Below, piece after piece: positions 1-12,942 of a stretch of DNA of 64,000 nucleotides. Under the pieces are notes generated by a model. It had not been told where the DNA came from and searched no databases. It was given only the letters and a program-made list of their open reading frames with translations. This stretch comes from Narcine bancroftii (taxonomy: Eukaryota), in assembly GCF_036971445.1 (NCBI RefSeq), contig NC_091477.1, forward strand, positions 105,214,001 through 105,278,000, given 5' to 3'. The position numbers were made by a program, and so were the translations under genes. The number at the start of each line of letters is the position of its first letter. Within the stretch, counting starts at the first letter, position 1.

Positions 1-103
1 TGAACAGTTCTGGAGGTTTTACAGTCATTTAGTTCGACCCGGTGATCTCACAGGCCACAGCGACTTTCACCTCTTCAAAGATGGCATTAAACCAATGTGG
101 GAG
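1..103 (+). CDS. EIF4E2: eIF4E family member 2 (4EHP), internal exon truncated by window start
   Basis: Frame from nt 2 reads EQFWRFYSHLVRPGDLTGHSDFHLFKDGIKPMWE, then donor GAG|gtgagc. Characteristic eIF4E2 sequence. Confidence 0.96.
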
Positions 104-299
104 GTGAGCTCTGGGTCCTTTTAAGCAAATAGACTAAATGCATTTTCATTCACAAATGCATTTTTCAGCTTCTTAAACTAGTAGGTTAAACTGTTTAATT
201 TTACTTTAAACAAGCATGATATGATAAGTGCTAGTGACATTTGATAAATTTGGTGGAATTTAAGGAAATAACAAGCGAGGTAATAAATAGAAACTTGTT

Positions 300-805
300 C
301 ATGCAGTGTATTTAGATTTCTAAAGGCATTTAGTAATGTTCTACATAACAGTATAGTGCATAAGCTAAGAGTTCAGGGTATGGGGGACATAGGTTATCAC
401 AAAGGAGATGGTATCAGAAGTAGTGGTTCTTTTATAACCAAAGGATATAACAGATGGAGTGTCCCAAATATCAGCCCTTGGCTCTCAGTTATTTACTATT
501 AATATTAACAACTTGACGGAGAGGGAATAGTGTAAGATTTTTTTAAAAAGCAGGAAATGCTGCACATTTTCAACAAGTCAGGCTACTAGCAAGGGGAAAA
601 AACAGATTTAATGTTTCCATTCAAAGACCCTTCATCACAACTGATCAAGGCTGTTGTAAACTGAAACGTTAATTTCAGAGTGTAAGGTTATTGATGACAG
701 ATTGGTTTGATGAAACGAAGTGAAGATGTTTGGAAGCAGCCGCATGACTTTTTAAATGAATTGTCTAAATATTAGTGAAGGAAAGTGTGAGGTCATGCAT
801 TGGGT
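300..805 (+). mobile_element. Decayed CR1 LINE fragment interrupted by a small PLE-terminus palindrome (~548-672)
   Basis: Degenerate CR1 RT DNA (gatttctaaaggcattt; ggagtgtcccaaata; aagtgtgaggtcatgcat). Confidence 0.55.
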
Positions 806-860
806 AACAAAAATCAAGAGCCATCTACCCCCCAGCAAAAGATGGAGATGCACATTGAAT

Positions 861-1080
861 GGTACGGTTAGCATAGTAGTTAAGCACAACGCCAATGACC
901 CAGGTTTGAATCCGGTGCTGTCTGTAAGGAGTTTGTACATTCTCACTGTGCTTGTGTGGGTTTTCTCCCACTATTGAAAAACATATGGGGATTTTAGGTT
1001 GATTGGTGAATTTGGAGGGCAAGGGCTTGTGGGCCGGAAGGGCCCATAACTGTGCTTTATGTCTGAATTTAAATTTGAAT
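861..1080 (+). mobile_element. tRNA-derived V-SINE (HE1-like)
   Basis: A/B-box-like head (ggttagcatagt; ggtttgaatcc) and V-domain-like gtgtgggttttctc. Repeated many times in the window. Confidence 0.7.
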
Positions 1081-2756
1081 TCAGGCATTAATTTCTCCCC
1101 ATTTGTAATGTGTGTGATGTGACATTTTCTTCCAAAGTCAGTCAATTTTGTCACAATTAGCATTTGCTCAGTCAGATACCCCCCCCCCCACCCCCCAACT
1201 TCCCTCCCACACCCCCATGATGAATGATTTCAACCAATACTTTTGGAAATTTCTTAGCTGTTTCCACATTAGCATTATCCGTCTCATCAGTCACTTTGAC
1301 AATATGCAAATTCATACGAGCCCTAAACCAACCGATCCCCCCCATGATTCACTATTTCCTGTTTTACATTTCTTAACTTTAATGTTCACACCAGGACTTT
1401 TAGCTGCCTTCTGAATTATCATAACTCTAAGCATTATGTAGCAGAGTCAATATTTTTTTTCTATATCACTAAATCCAGATTTTATTGGTACCAAGTCTTT
1501 CGCAAGTTGTTCATTCTTTGTCCTGCATTATTTTGTTAACAGTGAATGGGGCTACATTCTAAATTCAGGACATGTTAATGTTTGTCTGATTTCACATCAT
1601 ATCGCTCAATCAAGATTTCTCTCTAGCCTGATCGTACGATATTTCTTACGACCCTTTGGGCATAATAGTGAAAACAAAAGTTAAAGAAAATTACTCCAAT
1701 TTACTAAGCAGCTACATCAAGGAATTTCCCAACAGATTGTGACCCAAATGTATGCTCTGTCCAGGTGGTCACGAAGAGTTCCAGCTTATGTGTATGATTC
1801 TGTAAAAATTTGCACAAGTCAAGCATAATGGAAAGTTTCAAAGCATTTTTAGTGAGAGAAAGAAAATTTTGCTTTGCTGACGTCTTTATAAAACTGCTTA
1901 TTTTCAAAGTTTTGGTGATGGAGCTTGAGGCGGAAGGAAGATAGGATTTACAGAGGTAATTGAAAGCGAAGGAGTGAGCAACTTACAGCTGAACAAAAGG
2001 CAAATTAATAAAAGCCTGAGCCAGAGCGATGATAACAGGGTTATTTTGAAGATTGAAGAATCCAATAAAAATGTTGTCATTGGATTCGGAGTCAGCAGCG
2101 TAAGCATGGGTGATGTGTAGCTGAAGTGATACAGGAGAGTGCAGAAGCAAGAATGGTTTGGATAAATTTAATTTCTAAAATGACTGGCATAATGGGATTA
2201 AGAACATTGTGGGTGAAGGAAAACTCTATGGATGGAAGTAGTTTTAACAATCTGGTAAAAATAACGAATGATTTTGGTGTGGTATGTTTTGGAAATGCTC
2301 AGCAGATCAGGCAGCTTTTGTGAAAAACAAAACGGGGTTAACATTTAGGTAAAGGACCCTTTGTCAGAAAGAGAAAACAAGATATTATTTAGTACAGAGA
2401 GATGATTAGAACAAGAGGAGAAAAAGATAAAACTTGAGATGCCAATGAATTTGTTGGCGTGTCAAAGCATGGGCATAAATTATTATGAGTAAGTTCTCAA
2501 TGAATAGTAGAAATGAGCTAAAAGGTAGGGATCGATAATGAGGGAAGTGTTTGTAATGGCAATTAAATATTATACAACATTAAATGTATTAAATTCATGT
2601 TGGCACCCATCCTCAAGATGTTGTGTCAAAGAGTAGACATTACTAGTTTCAGGCAGGAGTTTAGTCTCAAAAATATTACGGTGTAATGAAGAATGCGATA
2701 TTTGTGCATCTGTGCTACAAAAAGTGAGGTAAGCTGTAATTTTAGTTGCAAGGGTA

Positions 2757-3353
2757 TGGATACTCCCCGACTTGCAACCTATGTGACTTGCATCCATCCG
2801 CTCATACAACCAAAATATTTTGTAAAAATATAAAGGATACATGGCAGATAAGAGCCAATATGTGTAGATTTACCTTGTTAGTTGGTGTCCCGGGGTCCTT
2901 AGGTTGGGCGACGCCATCTTGATTCCTGTGCTCATGCACAAGTCTTTGGTTGGTGCATGCATGAGAGTTAAAGACACAAATTCAATATCTTTAGGACGCT
3001 TAACTCTCATGCATGTGCCAACTGAACTCCAATATGCAAACCCACTGCACATGCGCCAACTGAAGATTCATGCATGTGCACAGGAATGAAGATGGCTGCG
3101 CCCAGCCTACAGGCTCCAGGACACTGACTAACAAGGTAAATATGGACCAGAATGTGGAAAGATTCACCAAGATTGATTGACAAATTTAGGAATTTAAGTT
3201 GTTATTGTCAAATCTATGATGAAAAAAAGATTTGATTAAGAAGTTTGCTTTAAGACTTTGGTACTTCATGCATGCAAAATTCCAACTTGCGTCCATTTCA
3301 AGATATGACTGATTCTTTGGTCCCAATTGTGGTCATAAGTTGGGGAGTACCTG
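2757..3353. mobile_element. Tigger/pogo-type MITE with internal long palindrome (2868-3141)
   Basis: TA-flanked TIRs (tggatactccccgactt / aagttggggagtacctg). Inner arms atttaccttgttag...ctaacaaggtaaat. Confidence 0.7.
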
Positions 3354-3490
3354 TATTTTGTTGTTTTTGCCAGATGTGTAGACTCTGGAAATCTAATCCT
3401 AAATATGTGCTCAAGAAGTCATGTTGAAGCTATTGCTGCTTGACTGTTTAAACCTTAAAGTAGCAAACCTTAAAGTAACATTTTTCCCAG

Positions 3491-4481
3491 TGTTATGAGC
3501 CCAGAGGGCTCCAAAACCCAGCAGTGATAGGAATCACCAAGACAAATGGTTACTTAAACAAAAATTACTTTTAATTTTCTTTAAACATTATAACAAGATC
3601 AATCTTTAACTTAACCTAACTTAATCACCTTCTAATTCAAAGTGTGTATGTATGTAATGTGTAAATGTTTAGGAAAGTATTTTGTTTCACAATTCAATCA
3701 TTCACTTCTCACTTCTCCAAGTTCACTGGTATCAGGCAATTCTTATACTGTGCACAGAGTTTGACATTTATGAATCTCCACCAGGCTCTGGTGCTTGAAG
3801 TTAAATGGTTACTGCTCAGGAAGGTTCTTGTTTGAGAGAGATATTTGTTGCTCATTGGACACACACAAACTGATTTCCTTCAATCAATCACTTCAATGTC
3901 TTGCTGAAGAAACTTGCCCCATCATGGGTTTCCAAATGATAACCTCTTCTTCCAGGTCACCACAGAGTTCCTCTTGTTTCCCTTATTTCAGGAGAAATAC
4001 TCTAGCCAGCCATTTCCTCTTGTAAGGACTACAAGGGTTTTGAACAGACTGAACTCAGATCTCACAACCCATCTTCAAAATGGGGACTTTCAAAAAGCCT
4101 GCCAACTTCCATTCTGCAGCCTTAACTTCTACTGTAGAACTGACTTCTCTCTCTCTCTCTCTCTCTCTCAGAAGAATCCTGTTTATTCTTTCCTCTCATG
4201 GTTGTAAAAGCCGAAACCTCTCCCAAGGCTCCAATCCTTGAAAGATCTTATCAGCACTTGAGCCTAGACATTTCCATTTGCACCTGCTTTGAAAATTCTT
4301 TCCAAAGCAGTTCCATTATCTTTTCCAAAGCCAACCGGAGCCTGAATGTCTGGCTTCAGCAAAGCTCCTGCATTTTCAATGAGATGTCTTTTTTGAAGTG
4401 TAACTCTGTTTGTGAAGTGACCTTCACTAAACCCCCCACAATCTATCTCTTTTAAAGACATATATAATATAACCCATAACA
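3491..4481. mobile_element. Solo LTR (Gypsy-like)
   Basis: TGTTATG...CATAACA termini, 4-bp TSD CCAG on both sides, internal (CT)n. Confidence 0.85.
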
Positions 4482-4565
4482 CCAGTCACAGCAGAGTTCA
4501 TGGGTGAGTGGCAAAAATAAATGGATGGTATGTTAATGCTTTAGATGCTTTGTTTATCTTTCCAG

Positions 4566-4718
4566 GATGAAGCCAATAAAAATGGTGGAAAATGGATTAT
4601 CCGTTTGCGAAAAGGACTAGCATCACGCTGCTGGGAAAATTTAATTTTGGCAATGTTGGGGGAGCAGTTCATGGTTGGTGAGGAGATATGTGGAGCAGTT
4701 GTTTCGGTTCGATTTCAG
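4566..4718 (+). CDS. EIF4E2: EIF4E2 internal exon (153 nt)
   Basis: ttccag|GAT...CAG|gtattt. DEANKNGGKWIIRLRKGLASRCWENLILAMLGEQFMVGEEICGAVVSVRFQ. Confidence 0.97.
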
Positions 4719-4999
4719 GTATTTCTCTGCAGGAAAATTGTTTGATTTTATTTTAAGCCTAATTACTATTTCTCAACAGTAATTATGCTTTATAAACCAA
4801 AATAGTGATGTATATTGTAAATGTTTGCATGCCTTGTAAGGTTTTTAAATTGATGAACCCATATTGAGATTGATTAATATTTAACAATACTAAACTGTTT
4901 CCTGGTGTTAACAACTATCTATCAATCAGAATAGGAAATTGCAAGTAATATAAAGTAAGACAAATTTGATCTTCCTAATTACTGTTTGAATGATCAACT

Positions 5000-5860
5000 G
5001 CATTATCGGCAAAATGTTGGAAAGGTGTTGTTAAGTATGGTACCAAGCTGTAGCAAGTATGCAGCCATTATTCAAGAAGGTTGCTAGGAATAAGTAAGCA
5101 CTTACAAACTGTGAATGTAATGTAAATGGTAGGGAACTGATTGGAATAAAACTCCAGGGAACAAGATTAATCTGGCACTAGGATGCTCAGCGTAGCTTTA
5201 CTCAGGGGAATCTAGTCAAAATAATGTGGGTGAATTTTCCAGAAACAACATAAAGTCTGTCAGTGAGAATTGTTGTTGTAATCTATATAAACTTCATTTA
5301 AGTTTTTGGCAAGGTCCTATATGGAAGATTGATCCAAAAGGTAAAAGCCCATAGGACCCAGGGCAATTTAGAAAATTGCCTCCAAAATCAGGATGGTCAT
5401 AAGCAGAGAGCAATGGTCCAGGATTGTTTTTGATATTGGAAGCCTGTGACCAAAGGTGCTCTGTAGGGATTGGAGGTAGGACCTTTGCTGTTTGCTGTTA
5501 ATAATCTGGATGTCAATGCAGCAGGGGTACTTGTAAATTTGCAGGAAGTGTTGGATATAGTGAGGAAGGCAGTGATAAGTTGCTAAAGTGATCAGAGCAA
5601 TGACAGATGGAATTTAATACAAAAAAAAATGATATTATGCAATTTGGAAGGATTAATAAGTCCAGAATTCAAGCAGTGAATACCACTAGGAATTTCTGAG
5701 AAACAGAGGGGCCTTGATGTATATGTTCTAGAATTTATAAAGACAATAGTACAAGTAGATATGGCGATAAATTGATGGCACAACTATCTTAAGCTGGAAT
5801 GTTGTGTGCAATTTTTGTCACCACCTTATAGGGAAGATGTGATTGCACTGGAGGGGGTTG
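5000..5860 (+). mobile_element. Decayed CR1 LINE (RT region)
   Basis: Degenerate CR1 ORF2 DNA (tttggcaaggtcc, cagagagcaatggt, ttgtgtgcaatttttgtcaccacc). Confidence 0.65.
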
Positions 5861-6787
5861 AGCTCCAAGAAAATTAATATGATGGCAGCCTCCCTGAGTT
5901 CCCCCATTGCGCAGGAGGAGAAATACACTGATCTATCCTCGCCTGACATGACTAAAAGCTTAGGAAATAGTAGGAAAACAATACGAATCTTCCTTGTTGC
6001 ATTACTTCACTTCCAACAACCTCTCTTCAGTATTGAAGTTGATGGATGAACAAAGCAAGTGGGAAAGTTTAACATTATGGAAACGATTTTTGTTCTAATA
6101 AAATGTTTTCAGGCTCATACGCAAAAGTGCTGGAGAAACTCAGCAAGTCACATAGCAAATGTTTAAGACCTGAGCCCTTCATCAAGGTAATGGTGAATAA
6201 ACATTTTCAGGCATCAAATTATGGTATGCAGACAGCACTTTTGTTTTGAAACAGAACTCAAAATCACCAATGATTCTTTGGCAAAAGGGTGGGGCTTGAA
6301 AATTGACATCTGAAAAACAAAGGTACTCTACCTCCCTGCACGCCACTGCTATCTCTCCACAGCACTCCTCCAACCTCCCAATCACACCCTTTTTACTTTC
6401 TCTAAAAGGGAGCCACCTCATACCTACAGCAAAACTTAATCTCTGCCTCTAATACACCACCGATGCTTTTAGCCAATCAAGGAAATGAAAACATTTAAAG
6501 GTCAATTCTTCCAACTGAGCACTCCGTTCATAGTCCAATGATCATGGGGAACACTGATGTTGACAACCAAGAGAGCCCTGGATAAATCTTAAATTCTGTA
6601 AAACTTCTATGTAGTCTATACATACCAACATCAGAGGCCATTTCAGGTCATCATCTCCAGACTGATCAGATTTGATCAGCAAGCTACATTAAATGCATGT
6701 TACCTGTTCATACTTTTCGAACATAGAACATTACAATACAGTACCAGCCCTTCAGCCCATGATGTTGTGCCAACCTATATAAACATA

Positions 6788-7088
6788 CAGGTGCTCCTTG
6801 ACTTACGATGGGGTTGTGTTCTGATAAGCCCATTGTAAGTAGAAAAATCATGTCAAAAAAGATACAGTACCACACCTTAGCCTAGTGAACCTTAAACATG
6901 CTCAGATCACTTGCCATAGCCTTACAGCTTGGAAAATTGATCTAAAACAAAGCCTATTTTATCATCAATTGTTGAATATCTTTTATTCCACACTGAAAAA
7001 CTATTTTTAATCATAAAATATAATGATAACAACCAATCTAACTTCAAAAAAATTATAAGACGGACCATCGTAAGTATAGGAGCATCTG
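6788..7088. mobile_element. Tigger-type MITE
   Basis: TA|caggtgctccttgacttacgatgg ... ccatcgtaagtataggagcatctg|TA. Confidence 0.85.
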
Positions 7089-7369
7089 TACTTAAAAAAA
7101 ACCGAAACCTTCCCTATCTCATAACCCTCTATTTTTCTTTCATCCTTGTGCCTGCTTAAGTCTTTTAAATGCCTCCATTGTAAAAGCCTCCATGGCTACC
7201 CCTTGCCATGCATTCCAGGCACCCACTAATCTCTGTGTTTTTAAAAAAAAATTTATCCCTAACATCTCCCCTAAATTTTCCTCTCCTCACTTTGCTACTC
7301 TCGGCCCAGGCTAAAGGTGCTGGCTGTCCAACCTATCTATGCCTCTCATAATCTTGTAGACCTCTATTA

Positions 7370-7952
7370 TTCATCACTTGCAATACCTCATTGTTCCTAT
7401 ATTTCCCATTTCAACCTCCTACCCAAGATGTACAAAACTAATTGTCACAGCAGACCAATCGTTTCTGTGTGCTCCTGCCCCACTGAACTAATATCCACTC
7501 CCTCAACTCTGTTTTGTCCCCTCTGGTCCAGTCCCTCCCTACTTATACCCAGGATACTTCATATGCCCTCCATCACTCCCAGGACGAGGTCTTCCATGCC
7601 AGATCATTAGACATGTCCTTCTTCAAACAATGTGACATCTTTTTCCCATCTTCTTTGCTGTAACATGCTCTATCTCTCTTCCCTTTTCCCTCTATCTCCT
7701 TTCACAGAGCCAATATCAATTCTCATCTTTCCTCTTATCATATTCAATTAACACTTTTTGTCTATTGGTCTGTACTCCTCCCCCTCTCATTCTTCTTTCT
7801 TCTCCCTTTCTTTCCCCAGCCTTTAATTCAGACGCCTGTCTTTTTTCACCCATACCTTGAGGAAGGGCTCAAGCCCAAAATGTTGGTAATATATCTTTAG
7901 TTCCTACGGACACTGTGAGACCTATTGAGTTCATCCAGCAATTATGTGTTTT
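7370..7952 (+). mobile_element. Penelope-like element, internally deleted
   Basis: FNLLPKMYKTNCHSRPIVSVCSCPTELIS is a degenerate PLE RT LPKxHK...RPIVS motif, joined to the family's pyrimidine-rich 3' end. Confidence 0.75.
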
Positions 7953-8402
7953 AATCTTTATTAAGTCACTTCTCATCCATCTTTGGTCCAGAGAAAATCC
8001 CTACCCCAACCTTCCGCATAGAACACATTCTCCAAATCAGGCAATGTCCTCATAATTCTCCTCTGTTCCCTCTCCATAGCTTCCACATCCTTCCTGTAAT
8101 CAGGTGACCAGAACTGAACACAATATTCCATGTATGAACTAACCAGTGTTTTATTGACTCTTGAACTCCATCCCCTGACTAATTAAGGCCAGCATACTTA
8201 AGCCTTTTTAACTACCCTATCAATCTGCATAGTAACCTTGAGGGATCTATGGATTTGGACCCCATGGTTAAGAATCTTTCACACTGTTAAGAATCCTGCC
8301 ATTAGCCATGCACTCTGCCTTCAAGTTTAACCTTCCAATATGCATCACTTCACACTCCATCTGCCACTTTTCCCCTCAACTCTGCATCCTGTCTATATCT
8401 TG

Positions 8403-9722
8403 TGAAACAATAAAGTCTGCAAATGCTGTGATTTTGTAGTAAAAATACAGAAATCCTGGAAGAACTCAGCCAGTCTCACAGAGTCCATAGGAGTTAAAGA
8501 TATATTATTGACGTTTTGGGCCTGAGTCCATCCTCAAGGTAGGAGTGAAAAAAGAGAGATAGGCATCTGAATTCAAAAGCTAAGGAAAAAGGGAACAATG
8601 GGAGGGGAAGGAATGAAGACCAACCGACTAAAGATGTTAAATAGATAAGAGGACAGGAGAGTGGAAAGTTGAGAATTGATTTTTGGCTCTGTGAAAGGAA
8701 AAGGAAAGAGAGTGACAGAATTAGAGAACAGGAGACATAGATAAAAATAAGAAGGGGAGGCCTAAGCAGGAGAGGTCAGCGTCAATGTCATCCATTTGGA
8801 GGGTACCTAGGCAGAATATGAGGTGTTGTTTCTCCAATTTGCAAATGGTCTCAATCTCATAGTGCATGAGACAATGGACAGACATGTCAGCAAGGGAATG
8901 GAGTAGGTAATTGAAGTCACTGGCCACTGGGAGATCCATGCTACTGTGGAATTCAGAGTTGAGATGCTTAATGAAGCAATCTCCCAGTCTGCATCCAGTC
9001 TTTCCAATGCAGAGGAGACCACAACAGGAGCCTGCAGATTCACAAGTAAAGTGTTGCCACACTTAGAAGGACTGTTTGGGACCCCAAATGATGGTTAGAA
9101 GGGAGGTGTGGATGCAAATGGAGCATCATCTGCAGGCAGGTGCCAAGGGAGTGATTAGTAGGGAGGGAGGAGTGGATGAGGGAGTTGCAGAGGGAGCAAT
9201 CCCTGTGGAAGGCAGAGAGGGAAGGAGAGGAGAATGTGGTGGGGTCACATTGTAGGTGGAAGAAATGGTGGAGGATGATATGTTGGACTATAGAAGGGGC
9301 AAGGGGAATCCTGTTCTTATTTCATGTGGGGACAGAGGGAGCCAAGGCAGATGCATGGGTAGTGGAGGATATGCAAATGAGGCCCGAGTTGATGGTGGAA
9401 GAGGAGAAGCCATTTTCTTTGAAGGAGGTGGATGTCTCTAATGATCTGGCATGGAAGACCTCTTCCTGGGAGCAGATGTGATGAAGATGGAGGAATTTAG
9501 AGAAAGGAATGAAATCCTTACTGGGGACACTGTGTGAAGAGGTGTAGTTGAGGTAGCTGTGGGAGTTGATGGGTTTGTAGAAGATGTCTGTCGAGAGTTT
9601 GTCCCTCAAGATGGAGGCAGAGAGATCAAGAAAAGGGAGAATATTGCTCGAGATGGACCAAGCAAATTTGAAGTCTGGGTGGAAGTTGGGAGCAAAGTGG
9701 ATAAAGTTGACGTAACCTTTGA
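8403..9722 (-). mobile_element. Penelope-like element 3' half (RT C-terminus plus GIY-YIG endonuclease remnants)
   Basis: ORF 9322-9726 (FHPDFKF..LPFLDL..STDIFYKP..SHSYLNYTSSH) and ORF 8721-9062 (LCIGKTGCRLGD..KH..PVASDFN..LEKQHLIFCLGTLQ). Confidence 0.85.
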
Positions 9723-10297
9723 TCAACTTCTACATTATCCCCAACACCTCCAAACTTACTACTGAATCCTTCTACATATGTATCCAGGTCATTTATAAAA
9801 ATCACAAAGAGCAGAACAAATCCCTACAAAATTCCACTTGTCACTGGCCTCCAGGGGAATATGTTCCAACCACTACTACCCTCTGCTTTCTGCAGACCAA
9901 TTGTCAAACCAATTCTGAATACACGTAGCCAAGGTTCCATGGATCCCATACCTCACGACTTTCTAGATGAGCCTACCATGGTGGACCTTGTCAATGCATT
10001 ATTAAAATCCATATAGACCACATCTACCACTCTACCTTCATCATTTTCTTTTATTACCTCCTCAAAAAACTCAATTAGGCTTGTGAGGCACGGCCTACTG
10101 TTCACAAAGCCACGCTGACTACCCCAGCTGTGGTTCGATGTTCACTCCTGCAATGAAAATTTCGATCCTTTATTTTATTAATGGTGCTTTATAAAGGTAA
10201 ATTTCTGCTTGTTTGGATTCAGATGGTTATATGCAGCTTGACACTGTTGCCAATGAGAGATTGCCAGAACTCACTCAGAATTCTCTTTTATGTTTAG

Positions 10298-10434
10298 GAA
10301 GATATTATTTCAATATGGAATAAAACTGCTAGTGACCAAGCTACAACAGCACGCATACGAGACACATTGCGACGTGTTCTAAATTTACCACCTAATACCA
10401 TAATGGAATACAAGACTCACACTGACAGTATCAA
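10298..10434 (+). CDS. EIF4E2: EIF4E2 penultimate coding exon (137 nt)
   Basis: tttag|GAA...AA|gtgagt. EDIISIWNKTASDQATTARIRDTLRRVLNLPPNTIMEYKTHTDSI(K), ends in phase 2. Confidence 0.97.
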
Positions 10435-12900
10435 GTGAGTATTCTCTGTTAACAAAATTGCTTGATGCTAATTGGATGTTGACTTCAAAATTTTAAATGT
10501 AATTGCACAAAAATACTCAAATTGGATCATTTGCTGAAAGAAAAAAGCAAATAACAAAAAGGAACTCAGTATTGCACATTCATATCAGTGGGGTCTGAAA
10601 CTGAGATGGTAAAATGAACAGATTTAACAGACACGCATTGATGTTTTCATTCTTCTGTTCACTCCACATTTCTTCAATCAAACCGATGGAGTGGTTTCAT
10701 TTTCTTGTGTGTCATCCATTTCTAATTGCCAACCTGAAGAATATGAGGTGCAAAAATAACCACGTGTGTTGCTTTGAATGTCATTTTTAATCTGTCTTCT
10801 GGTCTTCTTGTAAGTAAACTACCAGCGAAAAATATATTTTGAATCATTGAATAGAAGCTTAAATATATTATGAACATAGTAGTTAGGATGTTTTGAATGT
10901 AGTTCTGGATGGTACAAATTCGGTGAAATGATGTCAGAAAAAAACTTGAGTAAAGCTGAAAGGACAAGCAGTATTTGGAAGGAGAATTTCATGATCCTAA
11001 TTGGCTTCATGATGGAAAACAGCCTCAATTTAAAAAAAAACTGCAACTAACTTGGTACGAATGCTCTCTTACTCTAGAAATCATGGAACCATTTATGGGG
11101 AAATGGAAAAATGTTGTCAGTAAAGGATAACCATGTCCTATAACTGGGCTAAAGCATATTATTGTTTCATAGCTAAAATGATTGTACATTGTGGCTTTTG
11201 CATGATTAGCAAATATGTTGCTGGTGCTCACAGCCCAAAATGGACATTGTATCACCCAATAATCATGTACTTTATATTAAATGTTAGAAGAAACCAAAAC
11301 TGAAAGAGATAAAAAGCTTGGTTGATCGTGGACAGTACAAATACATATACCCACTCCTAAGTTTGAAAGTAATATTTTATTATTTCCTTTCTGAGAGTTT
11401 CCCTCTATATCACCCAAAAACACTGGCTGTACTTGGTTCAACCCAATTAGCTCCTATAATAGGCAAAGATTAATAATATATGAAATGTTTGAATTGGATT
11501 TATGCCAAAATTGATAAAAATAATGAGAACAAGCCTATCATTATTTGTCTTCATTACTTCATGAAACTGATAACAATAATAAGATATTCACATGTGATTT
11601 AACAAGAAAATCCCAAATTTGGTATCGATGATTCTGTACACCATACCATGTGCGATGAATGTAGTTTAATAGTGTTCAAATGTCAATTTTTGATCTTGGC
11701 AAAGTTCTCTCACTAGAATGTAGCATGAAAATCTTGTATTTAATTACATGAGGGCTATGAGCAGGGCCATAAGCTATCATTGTTGCTTGCCATAAAATCT
11801 GGTCTTATACGAAGCTAATTTTGTCTTTGTGTATTGTATTTTCTTTATTTCAATCTTTAAAAATGAAGGAGACTTAAATAATTAGTTTATTATTTTTGAT
11901 ATTTTATTCAAATCTTTCTTGCACTCTTCTCAATGTTTAAAAAAAATGTTTCCTGTCTAAGATTCTTCATTGTGCTTAGCTGCTCACCCAACGATATCAA
12001 TGCAGCCGCTAATGGCAGCCGCCTTATAAAAAGAAGTAATTCTTAGCACAGAGTTCACGAGATCTGTGTTGGGAAATGTTTCAAGTCAGCATGAAACACC
12101 ATTGCTTCAATGCAAATTTTAAGCCACAAGCTTTTATGGCTTTCCCATTCTATCACCCTTGATGATCCTGAGGATGACTGATTTTTAACATTGTTACCGT
12201 GTTTTTGGTGAGCCATGAAAGCATCTTTGATAACTTCCCTTTCACACAGTTGTGAAATGATATTGAATAATTTGTTTATTTAAACAATTGGCTTAAAATG
12301 GCATTTGTATAGAAATTTTTTTGTCAATTGTATCATCTAGATAATTGTTCGAAAATAAGAATATCTGAACTTCATCCACTTTTTAAACATTTCATGGAAT
12401 TAGAGAATACCGATTCAAGATTGCTTTTCTTTGAGGTTCTAATGCTATTGAGATGCTCAGAATAAATCAATTTTTAATTATTTTGGAACCTTCAAATGCT
12501 GGTCAGAAACACTTCAATTGATAATCAAAAAACATTGTGAAGTTTTATTAATTTTTCAAATTGTTATTGTGCCAATTTTTTAAACTTGATGTTTTGGGAA
12601 TCATACATGTACTTGATTGCTTCCTGGTCCCTCGCTATTTACATTTACTTGTAAGATTTCACATCAGATTCTCTGTTGATTTTACATACAGTAAAGTAAC
12701 ATGGGCAGAATTAGTGAAACAGTGGTTTTTAAAACTAGATAACTGGGTCAAGACAAATTTTTCAGGGCTATCTTGGTTAAATGCTACCCTTTTTAGCAAA
12801 TCTAATACACAACTTATTCCGCTAAAATATTTGATTGCTCTCTACTTTGTATATGATGCTAGAGTGTCTGCACTTTTCTGGCTGTACCTGTTTCCTTCTA

Positions 12901-12905
<5 letters not shown>

Positions 12906-12940
<35 letters not shown>
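12906..12940. repeat. (TG)n microsatellite
   Basis: Directly visible. Confidence 0.95.

Positions 12941-12942
<2 letters not shown>

Larger units (their letters stand above)
6720..10120 (-). mobile_element. CR1 LINE hosting nested Tigger MITE and two PLEs
   Basis: 3' tail aacatagaacat at 6720. CR1 RT DNA resumes at about 7090, 7955 and 9720 around the insertions. Confidence 0.8.

Noticed and set aside
861-930. tRNA gene
   Set aside because: This is a SINE head with A/B boxes. It gives no cloverleaf and recurs with the SINE body.
1150-2300. Possible old LINE or coding remnant
   Set aside because: No motif I can recognise with confidence; left unassigned.
11962-12046. Alternative EIF4E2 last exon (..NAAANGSR..) resembling mammalian ..VNSSGR
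   Set aside because: Similarity is too weak and the acceptor is poor. No AWEEFHG motif is seen.
12160-12182. C/D snoRNA (TGATGA...CTGA)
   Set aside because: The boxes are only about 20 nt apart, with no terminal stem or guide region.
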